A stretch of DNA of 64,000 nucleotides from a virus. Made by a program: the position numbers and the translations under genes. Under the pieces are notes generated by a model. That model was not told the DNA's origin. It did not search any database and saw only the letters and a program-made list of their open reading frames with translations. Numbering within the stretch: the first letter of the stretch is position 1; the number at the start of each line of letters is the position of its first letter. Where the stretch lies: IMG/VR virus record IMGVR_UViG_3300030329_003230, positions 1 to 64,000 of that record. The stretch is one strand, 5' to 3'. This document shows, piece after piece, positions 1 to 9,325 of the stretch.

Positions 1-352
1 TCAAATTCTCTATTGCTTTCGTAAAGATTAATTTCTCTTCTCCTTTCAAGGTCCGTCTATGTTTCTTCAAATCTTTAACAATAGCAGGGATTGTTTTGTC
101 ATTAATACGATATTCTTTAGGGAAAATATCTAACTGTGATTTTGCTTCAGTCACATTCATATTGTATTTTTTAGATACACTCATAGCAACTTCATAATCG
201 TCCATTATTGGTATAGTAGATACCCAATTTTGAATGGTGTCAATTTCACTAACAATGTCTTCCTCTTCATCTTTTAAATTAGCTAGTTCCTCAATAGTCT
301 TAGCCTGTTCCCTGAGGTTATCTCCCTTCTCCCCTTTAGAAATTGATGCCAA
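1..352 (-). CDS. Hypothetical protein downstream of terL, runs off the window edge
   Basis: Open frame read by hand from TTG at 352 (LASISKGEKGDNLREQAKTIEELA...) to base 1; overlaps the terL stop; G-rich RBS-like sequence upstream. Confidence 0.7.
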   Translation of the reverse strand, partial: MASISKGEKGDNLREQAKTIEELANLKDEEEDIVSEIDTIQNWVSTIPIMDDYEVAMSVSKKYNMNVTEAKSQLDIFPKEYRINDKTIPAIVKDLKKHRRTLKGEEKLIFTKAIENL

Positions 353-1784
353 ACATACCACCCCCTGCAAGCATTGGCTGAGGCTCCTTACTATCAAAGA
401 TTTCCATGTCATCCAATAAAATAAATGATTCTAACATATCATGAGTTGCAGAATTAGCAATAGCAAGTCCCATCACTAAATCATCATGTGCTCCCACACC
501 TTCGAACTTACCGTTTTCTGTTATACTGAACATAGATAATTCTTCAATAATATTATCTGTAACTTTTCTTGATTCATCGTTACCCCTTGGAAAAATAATT
601 TTACCATTCTCAATATTCATTTGTAGATTCAAAATAATTTCTTCTTTTTTACGTCGAGTCATAGTGACATCTCTAATGTTTAAATCAGTTTCATTTCGTA
701 ATTCTTGAGTGAATGATTTAGCAAAGGTATTAGTTTCAAAATAAATTGCGTCGGGCTCAAACAATTTACCAATCATTTTTATTTTATTGATGTTTTCTCT
801 AAATTCTACATTCTTTTGTCTATCAATATATATGACTCTCTTGTTTCTATCTTCATCTACCTCTAACACAATAATAACATTGTAATCACCATCAGTAGAA
901 ATAGCAGGGTCAACCCCCACGTAATATGAATACCCTGAATCTTTCCTGTGTCTGAGTCTAAGGATATCGTTTTTACCTAATTGTTTACAATTGTCTATGT
1001 GCTCCTGCCCAAATAAGGCAGTTCCTGTAGATATAGGAATACAAAGATATTCTCTAGTAAACTTAAGAGAACCAACCTCTTGCTTCCTCTGCATTAAATT
1101 ATCATAACTCCACCTTTCAGGCCATAAGGGTTCATTATTTTGATTAAGACAAGGGTAAGTTCTAACAGTATATACCTTAGAATATTCTTCACTTGCTAAT
1201 AAAGCAAAAATATCTGTATAAGTAAAGGGAGTTCCAATCATTCTCAATGTTGCTGTGTGGTGAAGTGTAGGAATCATGTCACCAAAAAACCAATCCGTTA
1301 CTTTCTTGATAGCAGTAAGACTGAATTCTTTCAAAGGGTCGTCAATAATTATTTCTTGAGGATGAAGCCCACGAATTTGAGAACCAACTGAACGCTCAAG
1401 GATAGAATTACCATTAGTGAGAGTAATGTTACCAACAGCCCATCCCCTTGATGGGCGAAAATGAGCAATAGTATCATTGTTAAACATTTTATCTATTTCT
1501 CTCATGTGAACCATTGTCTGTTTATGGTTAGAAGAAATGTATAGCATCTGATATGGGGCAGGCTGAAAGCATAACTGCCATACAGCCCAAGAATGCATAA
1601 ACACAGATTTACCGTGGTCACGACTACAGATTACAACAGTTCTATCAGTAGATTTCATTAAATCTAACCACTCTTGATGAAAAGAAGTAAAGTCAAACCC
1701 TAGAACTTCAGTAAAAAAATATGGAAAGGAGTTCTTGGACATCTCCAAGTCCATTTGTTTACTGAAATCTAAATCTTCTAACAA
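336..1784 (-). CDS. terL: Terminase large subunit
   Basis: Walker A SRDHGKS, Walker B IIIDD, motif C IGTP, RNase H-like nuclease GVDPA...D and C-terminal HDDLVM. Confidence 0.95.
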   Translation of the reverse strand: MLEDLDFSKQMDLEMSKNSFPYFFTEVLGFDFTSFHQEWLDLMKSTDRTVVICSRDHGKSVFMHSWAVWQLCFQPAPYQMLYISSNHKQTMVHMREIDKMFNNDTIAHFRPSRGWAVGNITLTNGNSILERSVGSQIRGLHPQEIIIDDPLKEFSLTAIKKVTDWFFGDMIPTLHHTATLRMIGTPFTYTDIFALLASEEYSKVYTVRTYPCLNQNNEPLWPERWSYDNLMQRKQEVGSLKFTREYLCIPISTGTALFGQEHIDNCKQLGKNDILRLRHRKDSGYSYYVGVDPAISTDGDYNVIIVLEVDEDRNKRVIYIDRQKNVEFRENINKIKMIGKLFEPDAIYFETNTFAKSFTQELRNETDLNIRDVTMTRRKKEEIILNLQMNIENGKIIFPRGNDESRKVTDNIIEELSMFSITENGKFEGVGAHDDLVMGLAIANSATHDMLESFILLDDMEIFDSKEPQPMLAGGGMFGINF

Positions 1785-1788
1785 AGAA

Positions 1789-2319
1789 TCACCCTCTTAG
1801 ATTAATAAACCACTTTTGAACATCCCAATTATTACCATAATGTTCTCTAAAATGCTCAAGAACAGCATCTGGAATTACTTCATCAACTTCAGGTTGTGTG
1901 CCTGTTTTCCATTGAGAACCAGCAGTAGTGTATCCAGAAATAGTTGGCACTGAAGGTTTGTTATCAATGGCTTTATCTCTGGCCATTAAACCGTATCCTT
2001 CTCCTAAAACAGAAGCCTTAGTGCCTCCCTTGTAAGCATACTCTTTACCTTCTTTACCTTGTCTTACAGCAAAACCACTAATGGCTACTAATCTATGTTT
2101 ATCTCCTTGTTGAATAATGACCCCAAACCATTCATCTACAGGATATTCTGCTGTTCTTGTTTTACTACCTCTTAATTCATAAAGGTCATCTGGATTACTT
2201 ACATCCCACATTTCCTTCACTTTAGATTCATCATCACCTAAAGCAATAACTTTCAATTCTTCCCCGCCAGAAAGTCTTCTTAATTCTGGATGGAATTTTA
2301 ACGTATCAAACCAATTCAT
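1789..2319 (-). CDS. Hypothetical protein with MxW tag, possibly GNAT-like fold
   Basis: Starts MNWFDTLK; GEGYG after beta strands resembles GNAT motif A; ends KWFINLRG. Confidence 0.5.
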   Translation of the reverse strand: MNWFDTLKFHPELRRLSGGEELKVIALGDDESKVKEMWDVSNPDDLYELRGSKTRTAEYPVDEWFGVIIQQGDKHRLVAISGFAVRQGKEGKEYAYKGGTKASVLGEGYGLMARDKAIDNKPSVPTISGYTTAGSQWKTGTQPEVDEVIPDAVLEHFREHYGNNWDVQKWFINLRG

Positions 2320-2321
2320 AA

Positions 2322-2588
2322 TCACCAATCCCTACAAGCCATACATCTTGCTGAATAATCATTCCTCTCACACGTTTCACATTTATGCCTCGCTCGAAAA
2401 GATTTCTTACGCTTGGTATTACCTTTTTTCCCAGTAACAGAAACTCCCTTTTGGCCCCAATGGACTTTCTTATATCCTCCTTTTCCGTTAGGAACGCAGG
2501 CCATCCATTTCTTTCCTTTACGGTCAGAACTAGTTTTCTTAGTTCTTTTAGTACAAGTGGATGCCTTTAGGGTTTCTTGCCAAGACAA
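2322..2588 (-). CDS. Small basic Cys-containing phage protein with MSW tag
   Basis: Likely start TTG at 2588 (LSWQETLKA) after GGAGG; WGQKG...RKKSFRARHKC...ACRDW resembles a widespread phage protein family. Confidence 0.65.
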   Translation of the reverse strand: MSWQETLKASTCTKRTKKTSSDRKGKKWMACVPNGKGGYKKVHWGQKGVSVTGKKGNTKRKKSFRARHKCETCERNDYSARCMACRDW

Positions 2589-2601
2589 ATTATTTCCTCC
2601 A

Positions 2602-4884
2602 TTACCTGAATAATGCCTTAATCGTATATACTGATTCCTCATTTATTCCAAAATTAGCGGCAATAGACTCGTAAGAAGATACAGCCTTAACTATTTTATC
2701 AACTTCAGTTGCGGTCAATTCCATACTTTGTTCAAGGTGTAATTTATTTATAATTAAATCCATATCTTCAATTGAATTTAAAGACAAATTAGCATGGTAA
2801 ATTGGTTCATTATTCATTTTTCTAATAGTATCATGAGCTTCTAGCATCACTTGATTTATTTCATCCATTTTATAGAAGTCATCAAAAGCAGAATCTAATC
2901 TTTTAAGTTCCTTATACATGTCTTTATCTTTAACAGATAAACCGCCACTGTCTTTATCTAAAGAGCCAAACATAGTAGTAAATTCTGGAGTATTAATTGC
3001 GTATCTTAATTGTTCAATGGGGTAAATTTCACCCTGAGACTTCAAATAATTATCATAGTGTTCTTTGATATCTTTCCAAAACGGATATTTCTTTACCATC
3101 TCAGATATATCTTCATCACTATACCTTGATTTTTTAGCCATATCATAAATGATATAACCTACAGATTGCATATTTTTCTCTTTAAATCTATCACCGAATA
3201 ATGAATTAAGGGCTAATACAGCCATTCTACCGTTAAAGAAATACTTGTTATCCCAAGTTTTAGCTCCTGCCCTTTTCACTGATAATATAAAATTAGTTAA
3301 TGCTTTTAATTGTCTAAGGTCTATAATATCGTCTAAAGAGCCTTCTATGGTTTTACCTAAAAGATACCCTATTGGGTTATTTTCTTCATTTTTAATAGCT
3401 ATCATGTAAGCAGTGTGACTGTTAGCCCATCTTGGGAGTTCTTTAGGTGAGAAAAAATACTTACTACTAATAGGGGAGATATAATAAGAATCCATAGCCT
3501 TTAGGAAATTATTCCAAGGGGCTTTAAATTTAGCTAATTCTTTTGATGGAGTTCCCATTGCTGCTGGCTGTTCAGTTTTTCTACCTACCTGTCGTAGCCT
3601 TTGAGCAGTTTGATATTGACTAGCTGTTGGCTCTAAATTTACTTCACTCCTCTCTTGGAAGATTGAAAATTTTGTTTTCTTATCTTCTAAATATTCTCCA
3701 ACATCTTCTATGAAAGTCTTAACTAATTCATCTTGCTCAGTAATATCTACGTTTTCATCAACATAGTCCTTACCTACATTAATAACCCAATCTGAAATTG
3801 GTAGGCTAAATGTCCCATTATATTGTTCATCTTCTTGGGTTTCCTCAATAAATCCATCAAACCAATTGTCAAAATCTTCTAATTCTGCATCTGTAAAAGC
3901 AGCGTATTTTAGAGGTGAAGTTTTTACTAATTCTCTAACCTTAGAGACTTCAGATTTAGGAATCACAATATCTTCATAATCTCTATGATATTTGTAATAA
4001 AAGATAGGGTCTACATCTAACCTCTTAAAATCGCCCTCTTGTATTTTAATATCTTCAAATTTCAAACTAGGGTCAGAACCAGTTCTTATTTTATTGTAAT
4101 ATTCTATAATTCTAAGAGCAGTAAGAAGGGTGTTAGGTGCTCTCATTTTGATGCCCACACTTCCTAAATCAACGATATAACTTGGTGGAGTTTCAAATGT
4201 AAATAATTCATTTAACCGATAATATTTATCTCCTCTTTTTGAAGTTTTAATCTCTTTCCATAAATCACTATCTTTATACTTATTTTTCAAAGTGGCAAAA
4301 GCATCATCTAATGCTTTCTTTTCTTTATTATCAATACTGGACCAATATTCATAAATTGCTTTTCTATTAGACCAATCACCTAAAGGTAAATCTCCTATTT
4401 CTCTAGCCCAAGATAAATAGAGTTTAGTCTTTATTTGTTTACTCGAAGTTTTACCTGATTGTTCTTTATTAAGATAATTAATTCTTTTAATCAAATCTTC
4501 TAAATTATTACTGGTATTGGCATCAGGCGACATTTCAATATATTTTTCTAAATTAACTATTACATTAGGAATATTACTTCTCATACCCACTTGTAACTTA
4601 ACTAAAGAAGAATTAAAATTACTATCCTTTAAATCCGCCACTTCTAACTTGTCGTTATTATAAGAAAAAGTATTTCGTAATAATTTAGTTATGTCTGTTT
4701 CTAATGTTAAAAACTCTTTATCTTTTTGTTTTTCTTCAAATTCAGTAGAGAGATAATCTTTTATTTCTTGGTCTGATGAATCAGGATTCTTACTTTTTAT
4801 TTCTTGTATTAAATCGTCAGGTATTTCTTCCCCTGACCTTAAAGTGCTCATAATTTTCTTTTTCAATTTTCTACCAATTATCAT
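2602..4884 (-). CDS. Large hypothetical protein (760 aa)
   Basis: Long ORF translationally coupled to the upstream gene; no motif recognised. Confidence 0.8.
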   Translation of the reverse strand: MIIGRKLKKKIMSTLRSGEEIPDDLIQEIKSKNPDSSDQEIKDYLSTEFEEKQKDKEFLTLETDITKLLRNTFSYNNDKLEVADLKDSNFNSSLVKLQVGMRSNIPNVIVNLEKYIEMSPDANTSNNLEDLIKRINYLNKEQSGKTSSKQIKTKLYLSWAREIGDLPLGDWSNRKAIYEYWSSIDNKEKKALDDAFATLKNKYKDSDLWKEIKTSKRGDKYYRLNELFTFETPPSYIVDLGSVGIKMRAPNTLLTALRIIEYYNKIRTGSDPSLKFEDIKIQEGDFKRLDVDPIFYYKYHRDYEDIVIPKSEVSKVRELVKTSPLKYAAFTDAELEDFDNWFDGFIEETQEDEQYNGTFSLPISDWVINVGKDYVDENVDITEQDELVKTFIEDVGEYLEDKKTKFSIFQERSEVNLEPTASQYQTAQRLRQVGRKTEQPAAMGTPSKELAKFKAPWNNFLKAMDSYYISPISSKYFFSPKELPRWANSHTAYMIAIKNEENNPIGYLLGKTIEGSLDDIIDLRQLKALTNFILSVKRAGAKTWDNKYFFNGRMAVLALNSLFGDRFKEKNMQSVGYIIYDMAKKSRYSDEDISEMVKKYPFWKDIKEHYDNYLKSQGEIYPIEQLRYAINTPEFTTMFGSLDKDSGGLSVKDKDMYKELKRLDSAFDDFYKMDEINQVMLEAHDTIRKMNNEPIYHANLSLNSIEDMDLIINKLHLEQSMELTATEVDKIVKAVSSYESIAANFGINEESVYTIKALFR

Positions 4885-7064
4885 TAGTTCACAACCTGTA
4901 TCATATTGTTTTCTCTTAAAACGTTTAAGATATCTTTCTTTTCTTTTTCATAAGTGGGGACGTGCTCAATAATGTCTTTTACTTTTTCCTCAACATCCTT
5001 GATTATTCCTTGTCTAATTTCTGGAACTATATCTTCTAGTAATTTTGATATCTCTTTAATTTCCTGCTCATAAGGTGGCTCATTAGATAAAATTAAATCT
5101 TCTATATTTTCTGTTGGCTCTACTTCTTCTGAAATAGTAAAAATCCTATTTCTTTTATCTTTAGAATATCCAACAGCAAGAGAAAGAATGTTCGACACTA
5201 TCTCTGTTAAATCTAATGCTCCTTGAATTAAAGTGGTATCTGTGTCAAAAAGAATATCTGCTAAATTCTCAGGTTTTTTCTTCAAGAAACCCATGTAAGC
5301 TATTTCTGCCATATATTTCTCAACACCAGAGAATTTATCCAAATTAAAATCTGTTGAAAAATCATAATCTCCTTTTATTTTCTGTATATCAATATCTAGA
5401 CTTTTACCTTCTTCCTTTACATCTTCTTCAATTTCAGAATATAAATTTGTAAAGTTAGTATCTCTCATACCTTCTCTAAAGAAATCAATAATTAAACTTC
5501 TGTCATTACTTTTAGGCATTAAAAAGTAAGTAACATTATCAAAAGTAGTCTCAACTAACCTATCTTCTATCGATTTTAATTTGTCTTCCCCTGTTTTATT
5601 ACCTAGGAGTTCTCGATATAAATTAGATATTATTTTATTATTATTCAATATTTTACTAATCTCAATTTTATCATCCTCATCGGGGTCTAAAAATAGCTTT
5701 AAGAATTCTATCTTAGCTGCGCTTAAAGAGTCATTTAGTTTAGATAATGAGCGATTCTTATTTTCTAATTCTCTAACTAATTTCCTTTTATCAGACATTA
5801 ATAGATTTCTAATAGTATCCTTATATTTAGGCCAGTCTTTTTCCTCATCTAGTCCAGAATTATCCTCACCTTCTAAAATAACATAATAATCGCTGTCTTT
5901 TTTCTGTCCAACTGAGTCAAGCCAAACTTTTCTCATAGTAAAAGCAGTTATCATATCATCACTTAGAGTAGTTCTACCTTTCATATCCCCAATAAAATCC
6001 TTAAACATCTTATCATCTATAGTAAAATCAGGTGATAAAAGTTCCATAATGACTCTACGCTTATCTTTCCAATTATCTTTTCTTCTTACATTAGGTTTTA
6101 ATTTGTCAGGTCTTAATGAACTAGTGATTTTGGTATTAGGACCAGCAATTTTAACAAAATATAATCTTGCTTTTTCTGCATCTATATTTCCAGATAGGGA
6201 AAGTTTAGTTTCAGTTACTTTTTCTTTAGCTTCTTGACCTCCAAACAATATCCAAAGGCGGTGAGAACGAATATCTAACTTAACAGAAGAATCCAACTGT
6301 TGAACTTGAGAAGATATTAGATTATTAGGGGTAGATTTAGTAAAGTTTTTCACCCATGTATTATTCATTTTTTGGTAATTTAAGGTGTTAAAATCTTTAG
6401 AACTAGAGAAAGATACCTCTTTTAATTTATCATAAGTTACGTCTTCAGGACCAGTTTCTGTATCTTCCTTTAGTGTAAAGGTGGGTAAAGTTGATTGTTT
6501 AAGATAAGGAACTACTACATCAGCATAATTTTCTGTTAAGAAATCTCTGAATTTAGTTCTAGTATCTTTAGATAATATAGACAATTGCTCAATAATATCC
6601 TCTTTCTCATTATCAGATTTATTTTCAAACCCATCCAATAAATTAGCAAATCCTTCTTCAGTCATTGAAGAACTAACTGTTGGTTTTGCGGTAGTTTTTG
6701 ATTCCTTGAGTTTCGTCTCAAGAATAGGTAACACTTCATTTATTATTTTGTCAATTCTAACTTTCATATCAGCAATATGTTGGTCTTGATATATTTCTCT
6801 ATAAATAGAACTTATTTCTGGAATATCATCAAATGAAAGCCTGTCATCTCTCCATTGTTTAAGGGTAGAAATAGTTGCTGTAATTCCTTTAGTTTCATAT
6901 TTACCATCTTTAATTAATTGAATGAATTCCTCTGCTTTACTATCGTTAATTAAATATGGCTGCCATCGCCCTCCGACATTAGCAGGTAAAGGAATAGTTT
7001 CACTCTTAGTTATTAGACGAATATCAGGATATCTTGTATCCTTGAGTACTTCCATCCAATGCAT
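4884..7064 (-). CDS. Large hypothetical protein (726 aa) with MxW tag
   Basis: Starts MHWMEVLKD after GAGG RBS. Confidence 0.8.
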   Translation of the reverse strand: MHWMEVLKDTRYPDIRLITKSETIPLPANVGGRWQPYLINDSKAEEFIQLIKDGKYETKGITATISTLKQWRDDRLSFDDIPEISSIYREIYQDQHIADMKVRIDKIINEVLPILETKLKESKTTAKPTVSSSMTEEGFANLLDGFENKSDNEKEDIIEQLSILSKDTRTKFRDFLTENYADVVVPYLKQSTLPTFTLKEDTETGPEDVTYDKLKEVSFSSSKDFNTLNYQKMNNTWVKNFTKSTPNNLISSQVQQLDSSVKLDIRSHRLWILFGGQEAKEKVTETKLSLSGNIDAEKARLYFVKIAGPNTKITSSLRPDKLKPNVRRKDNWKDKRRVIMELLSPDFTIDDKMFKDFIGDMKGRTTLSDDMITAFTMRKVWLDSVGQKKDSDYYVILEGEDNSGLDEEKDWPKYKDTIRNLLMSDKRKLVRELENKNRSLSKLNDSLSAAKIEFLKLFLDPDEDDKIEISKILNNNKIISNLYRELLGNKTGEDKLKSIEDRLVETTFDNVTYFLMPKSNDRSLIIDFFREGMRDTNFTNLYSEIEEDVKEEGKSLDIDIQKIKGDYDFSTDFNLDKFSGVEKYMAEIAYMGFLKKKPENLADILFDTDTTLIQGALDLTEIVSNILSLAVGYSKDKRNRIFTISEEVEPTENIEDLILSNEPPYEQEIKEISKLLEDIVPEIRQGIIKDVEEKVKDIIEHVPTYEKEKKDILNVLRENNMIQVVN

Positions 7065-7073
7065 TTCTATACC

Positions 7074-7340
7074 TCAAAAAGAAAAATACTCCTCTACTCT
7101 AGTTCTAACTTTCATATTATCTATAGCTTCGTGAACTGCACCTTTTCCACCTTGAACTATTTCTATCATAGTAAGAACATCTTCGTATTCCTTCTGCCAT
7201 TTGTAGGGCTTTTCAAAATATCTTAAGACATCTTCAACATTATTCAATTGTCCAAATTCTACTAACACATGAGCGAAAGCAACTGTACTATCATAAGAAT
7301 TTAATTTATCGGCTTTCACCAATTCTTCCTCCCAACTCAT
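7074..7340 (-). CDS. Small MSW-tag protein
   Basis: Probable start MSWEEELVKA at 7340 with GGAG RBS. Confidence 0.75.
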   Translation of the reverse strand: MSWEEELVKADKLNSYDSTVAFAHVLVEFGQLNNVEDVLRYFEKPYKWQKEYEDVLTMIEIVQGGKGAVHEAIDNMKVRTRVEEYFSF

Positions 7341-7351
7341 TGTGATTGCTC

Positions 7352-7552
7352 CTAATCCCATGCTGATGAAGTGGGGGTTTTTTCTCCACTAATATATTCT
7401 ATTCTTTTATCAAAAGTTCCTAATTTTTTTAATTCTGCTGCAATTGAATCTTTAGTATATGGGCCTCTTCCATCAACATGGCCCATAATTTTCTCTTCAC
7501 TAAGCCAATTAATTACGGGGCCTTCTTCTTTTAACACACTTTTCCAACTCAT
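7352..7552 (-). CDS. Small MSW-tag protein
   Basis: MSWKSVLKEE; GGAG RBS; ATGA overlap with upstream gene. Confidence 0.75.
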   Translation of the reverse strand: MSWKSVLKEEGPVINWLSEEKIMGHVDGRGPYTKDSIAAELKKLGTFDKRIEYISGEKTPTSSAWD

Positions 7553-7812
7553 TGTAATTTCTCCTTTAATTCAGGGTGGAATTTAAAAACTACTTTCTTA
7601 GCATCCTTCTTGATAGATTTCCCATCAACCAAAATTTCAATTGGATATGGTTTATACTCGTCTTTCCAGTATGCAACTTCATAGCCTCCATCTTTCAAAA
7701 GTTCAACAAGCAAGCCCCTATTATTTTTCTTGTCCTCGGCTTGTAGGATTTTCTGAGTTCCTCTTGGTAAAAATAAATCAGGTTTCTTTTTTAGAATATT
7801 TTCCCAACTCAT
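7549..7812 (-). CDS. Small MSW-tag protein
   Basis: Probable start MSWENILKK at 7812 with GGAGAGG RBS. Confidence 0.75.
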   Translation of the reverse strand: MSWENILKKKPDLFLPRGTQKILQAEDKKNNRGLLVELLKDGGYEVAYWKDEYKPYPIEILVDGKSIKKDAKKVVFKFHPELKEKLQ

Positions 7813-7825
7813 TGCAACCTCTCCT

Positions 7826-8083
7826 TCATTCCTTTTCAAAGTAATCTAAGTAGTCATCCATAAAGTAACCGTAACCGTCATCTAATCTATCTTCAAACAT
7901 ATCTCTTGCATCATCTTCGTTCATCAAAATCGAGCCTTCTTTAGCGGGCGAAGTTAAGATATAACTTCCGTAGTGTGGTTCAATTTCATAATATGCTAAG
8001 TGTTTATATTTAGGGTGAAAACCCTTAACATGTTTAACATCGTGGTCAAATCGTTCTTCTTTTAATATATCTTTCCAACTCAT
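7826..8083 (-). CDS. Small MSW-tag protein
   Basis: MSWKDILKEE; GGAG RBS. Confidence 0.75.
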   Translation of the reverse strand: MSWKDILKEERFDHDVKHVKGFHPKYKHLAYYEIEPHYGSYILTSPAKEGSILMNEDDARDMFEDRLDDGYGYFMDDYLDYFEKE

Positions 8084-8369
8084 TGTAATTGCTCCTGCAT
8101 CTTTCTAGTTATCATAACCATTTCATTATAGGAATCCCTCGCTTCATCTCTATTTTTTGCATTTTTTATTTTATCATAATATATTTTATATGTTTCAACA
8201 AAATCGTTCTGTTTCTTTTTCCAAAATTTATTTGTGATAAAAGGTCTAATATTGGTTTCCATGTTTTCTATTTGGTTTTGAATCCATTGGTAGTCGGGGT
8301 TTGATGCTCTTTCCCTAATGCTAATTTTAATTATATTTTTCCAACTCATTGTAATTGCTCCTGCATCTT
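8072..8369. repeat. 32-bp exact direct repeat TTTCCAACTCATTGTAATTGCTCCTGCATCTT at 8072-8103 and 8338-8369
   Basis: Read directly; degenerate copies at about 7331, 7544 and 7803. Confidence 0.9.
8080..8349 (-). CDS. Small MSW-tag protein flanked by a 32-bp direct repeat
   Basis: MSWKNIIK; ends KMQEQLQ, identical to the end of the upstream gene. Confidence 0.75.
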   Translation of the reverse strand: MSWKNIIKISIRERASNPDYQWIQNQIENMETNIRPFITNKFWKKKQNDFVETYKIYYDKIKNAKNRDEARDSYNEMVMITRKMQEQLQ

Positions 8370-9011
8370 CTCTTTAATATCCAACCAAACTTGAGGGTGT
8401 TGTTGTGCTAACACTTCTTGAACAACTTGCATCTGATGAACAATAATTGTATCTTGTCTCTTATGCACAAGTTGCCCTTTGAATTCCAACATATACTTCA
8501 GAGATTCACGAATCTCCTTTGCAAGTTTGGTTAGACTATCAATGTATTTCGGATTAAGGTCATCTTCAGCAAACAACAACTCAATCTTTTCTTCTAATCT
8601 ATGGATATTATCTGAAAGTAAATCTATCTCATTCAAATCTCTCTTCATAATTTCAACTGCTGCGGATTTCTGAACAAGGGGTTTGAGATGTTTTGACATG
8701 TGTTTCATAATTTGCTGTCTCGTTGTGTCTAAATCGTGAGCAGCTTTTGTTGGCGATAACTCCCCCTCATGTATTGCCATTTCTAATTCTTTTCTCTGTG
8801 GGCTTACACATAAGGCACAACGGGGGTTTGATTGGTCTGTATATTCGGTATTCATATGATTCCTCAAATGCCTCGCTGAGATTCCACTTGTCCAACCCAT
8901 CTCACTATCCAAATCATCTGGAGTAGTTTTAGCAGAAGCTAGTCTTTCCTCTAATTGGTCCCTATCTTCACTTTGACAAATTTTACAATGTCTTCGGGTC
9001 TTAGGCATCAT
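8346..9011 (-). CDS. Probable terminase small subunit / Zn-HTH DNA-binding protein
   Basis: Two CxxC...H-x3-H HTH-like repeats followed by a coiled coil; upstream of terL on the same strand. Confidence 0.55.
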   Translation of the reverse strand: MMPKTRRHCKICQSEDRDQLEERLASAKTTPDDLDSEMGWTSGISARHLRNHMNTEYTDQSNPRCALCVSPQRKELEMAIHEGELSPTKAAHDLDTTRQQIMKHMSKHLKPLVQKSAAVEIMKRDLNEIDLLSDNIHRLEEKIELLFAEDDLNPKYIDSLTKLAKEIRESLKYMLEFKGQLVHKRQDTIIVHQMQVVQEVLAQQHPQVWLDIKEKMQEQLQ

Positions 9012-9319
9012 TCGTCACCTGTCGGATAAATTACATTTAAGTCCTTTCCAAACTCTTCATTCCAAGTTCTAATCCAAGCTTTCAATTGCTCTCCTTCAGG
9101 ATTATAGCCTAATATTCTCCCTCTAGGAGTAGTAATTAATTCTAAATGTTCTTTATCATTGAAGCCTTCTCCTCCAATCTCAGCATCATCTCTTGCTTTT
9201 TGAGACTGCCAAGCCCAACTTCTGTACGTTAAATAATCTACAACTTTTTCAGGGTTTGTATCTACTTCTCTACCATCAGAAGTTTTACCTTCCAATTTTA
9301 GAATACTTTCCCAACTCAT
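9008..9319 (-). CDS. Small MSW-tag protein
   Basis: MSWESILKL. Confidence 0.75.
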   Translation of the reverse strand: MSWESILKLEGKTSDGREVDTNPEKVVDYLTYRSWAWQSQKARDDAEIGGEGFNDKEHLELITTPRGRILGYNPEGEQLKAWIRTWNEEFGKDLNVIYPTGDE

Positions 9320-9325
9320 CTTTAT

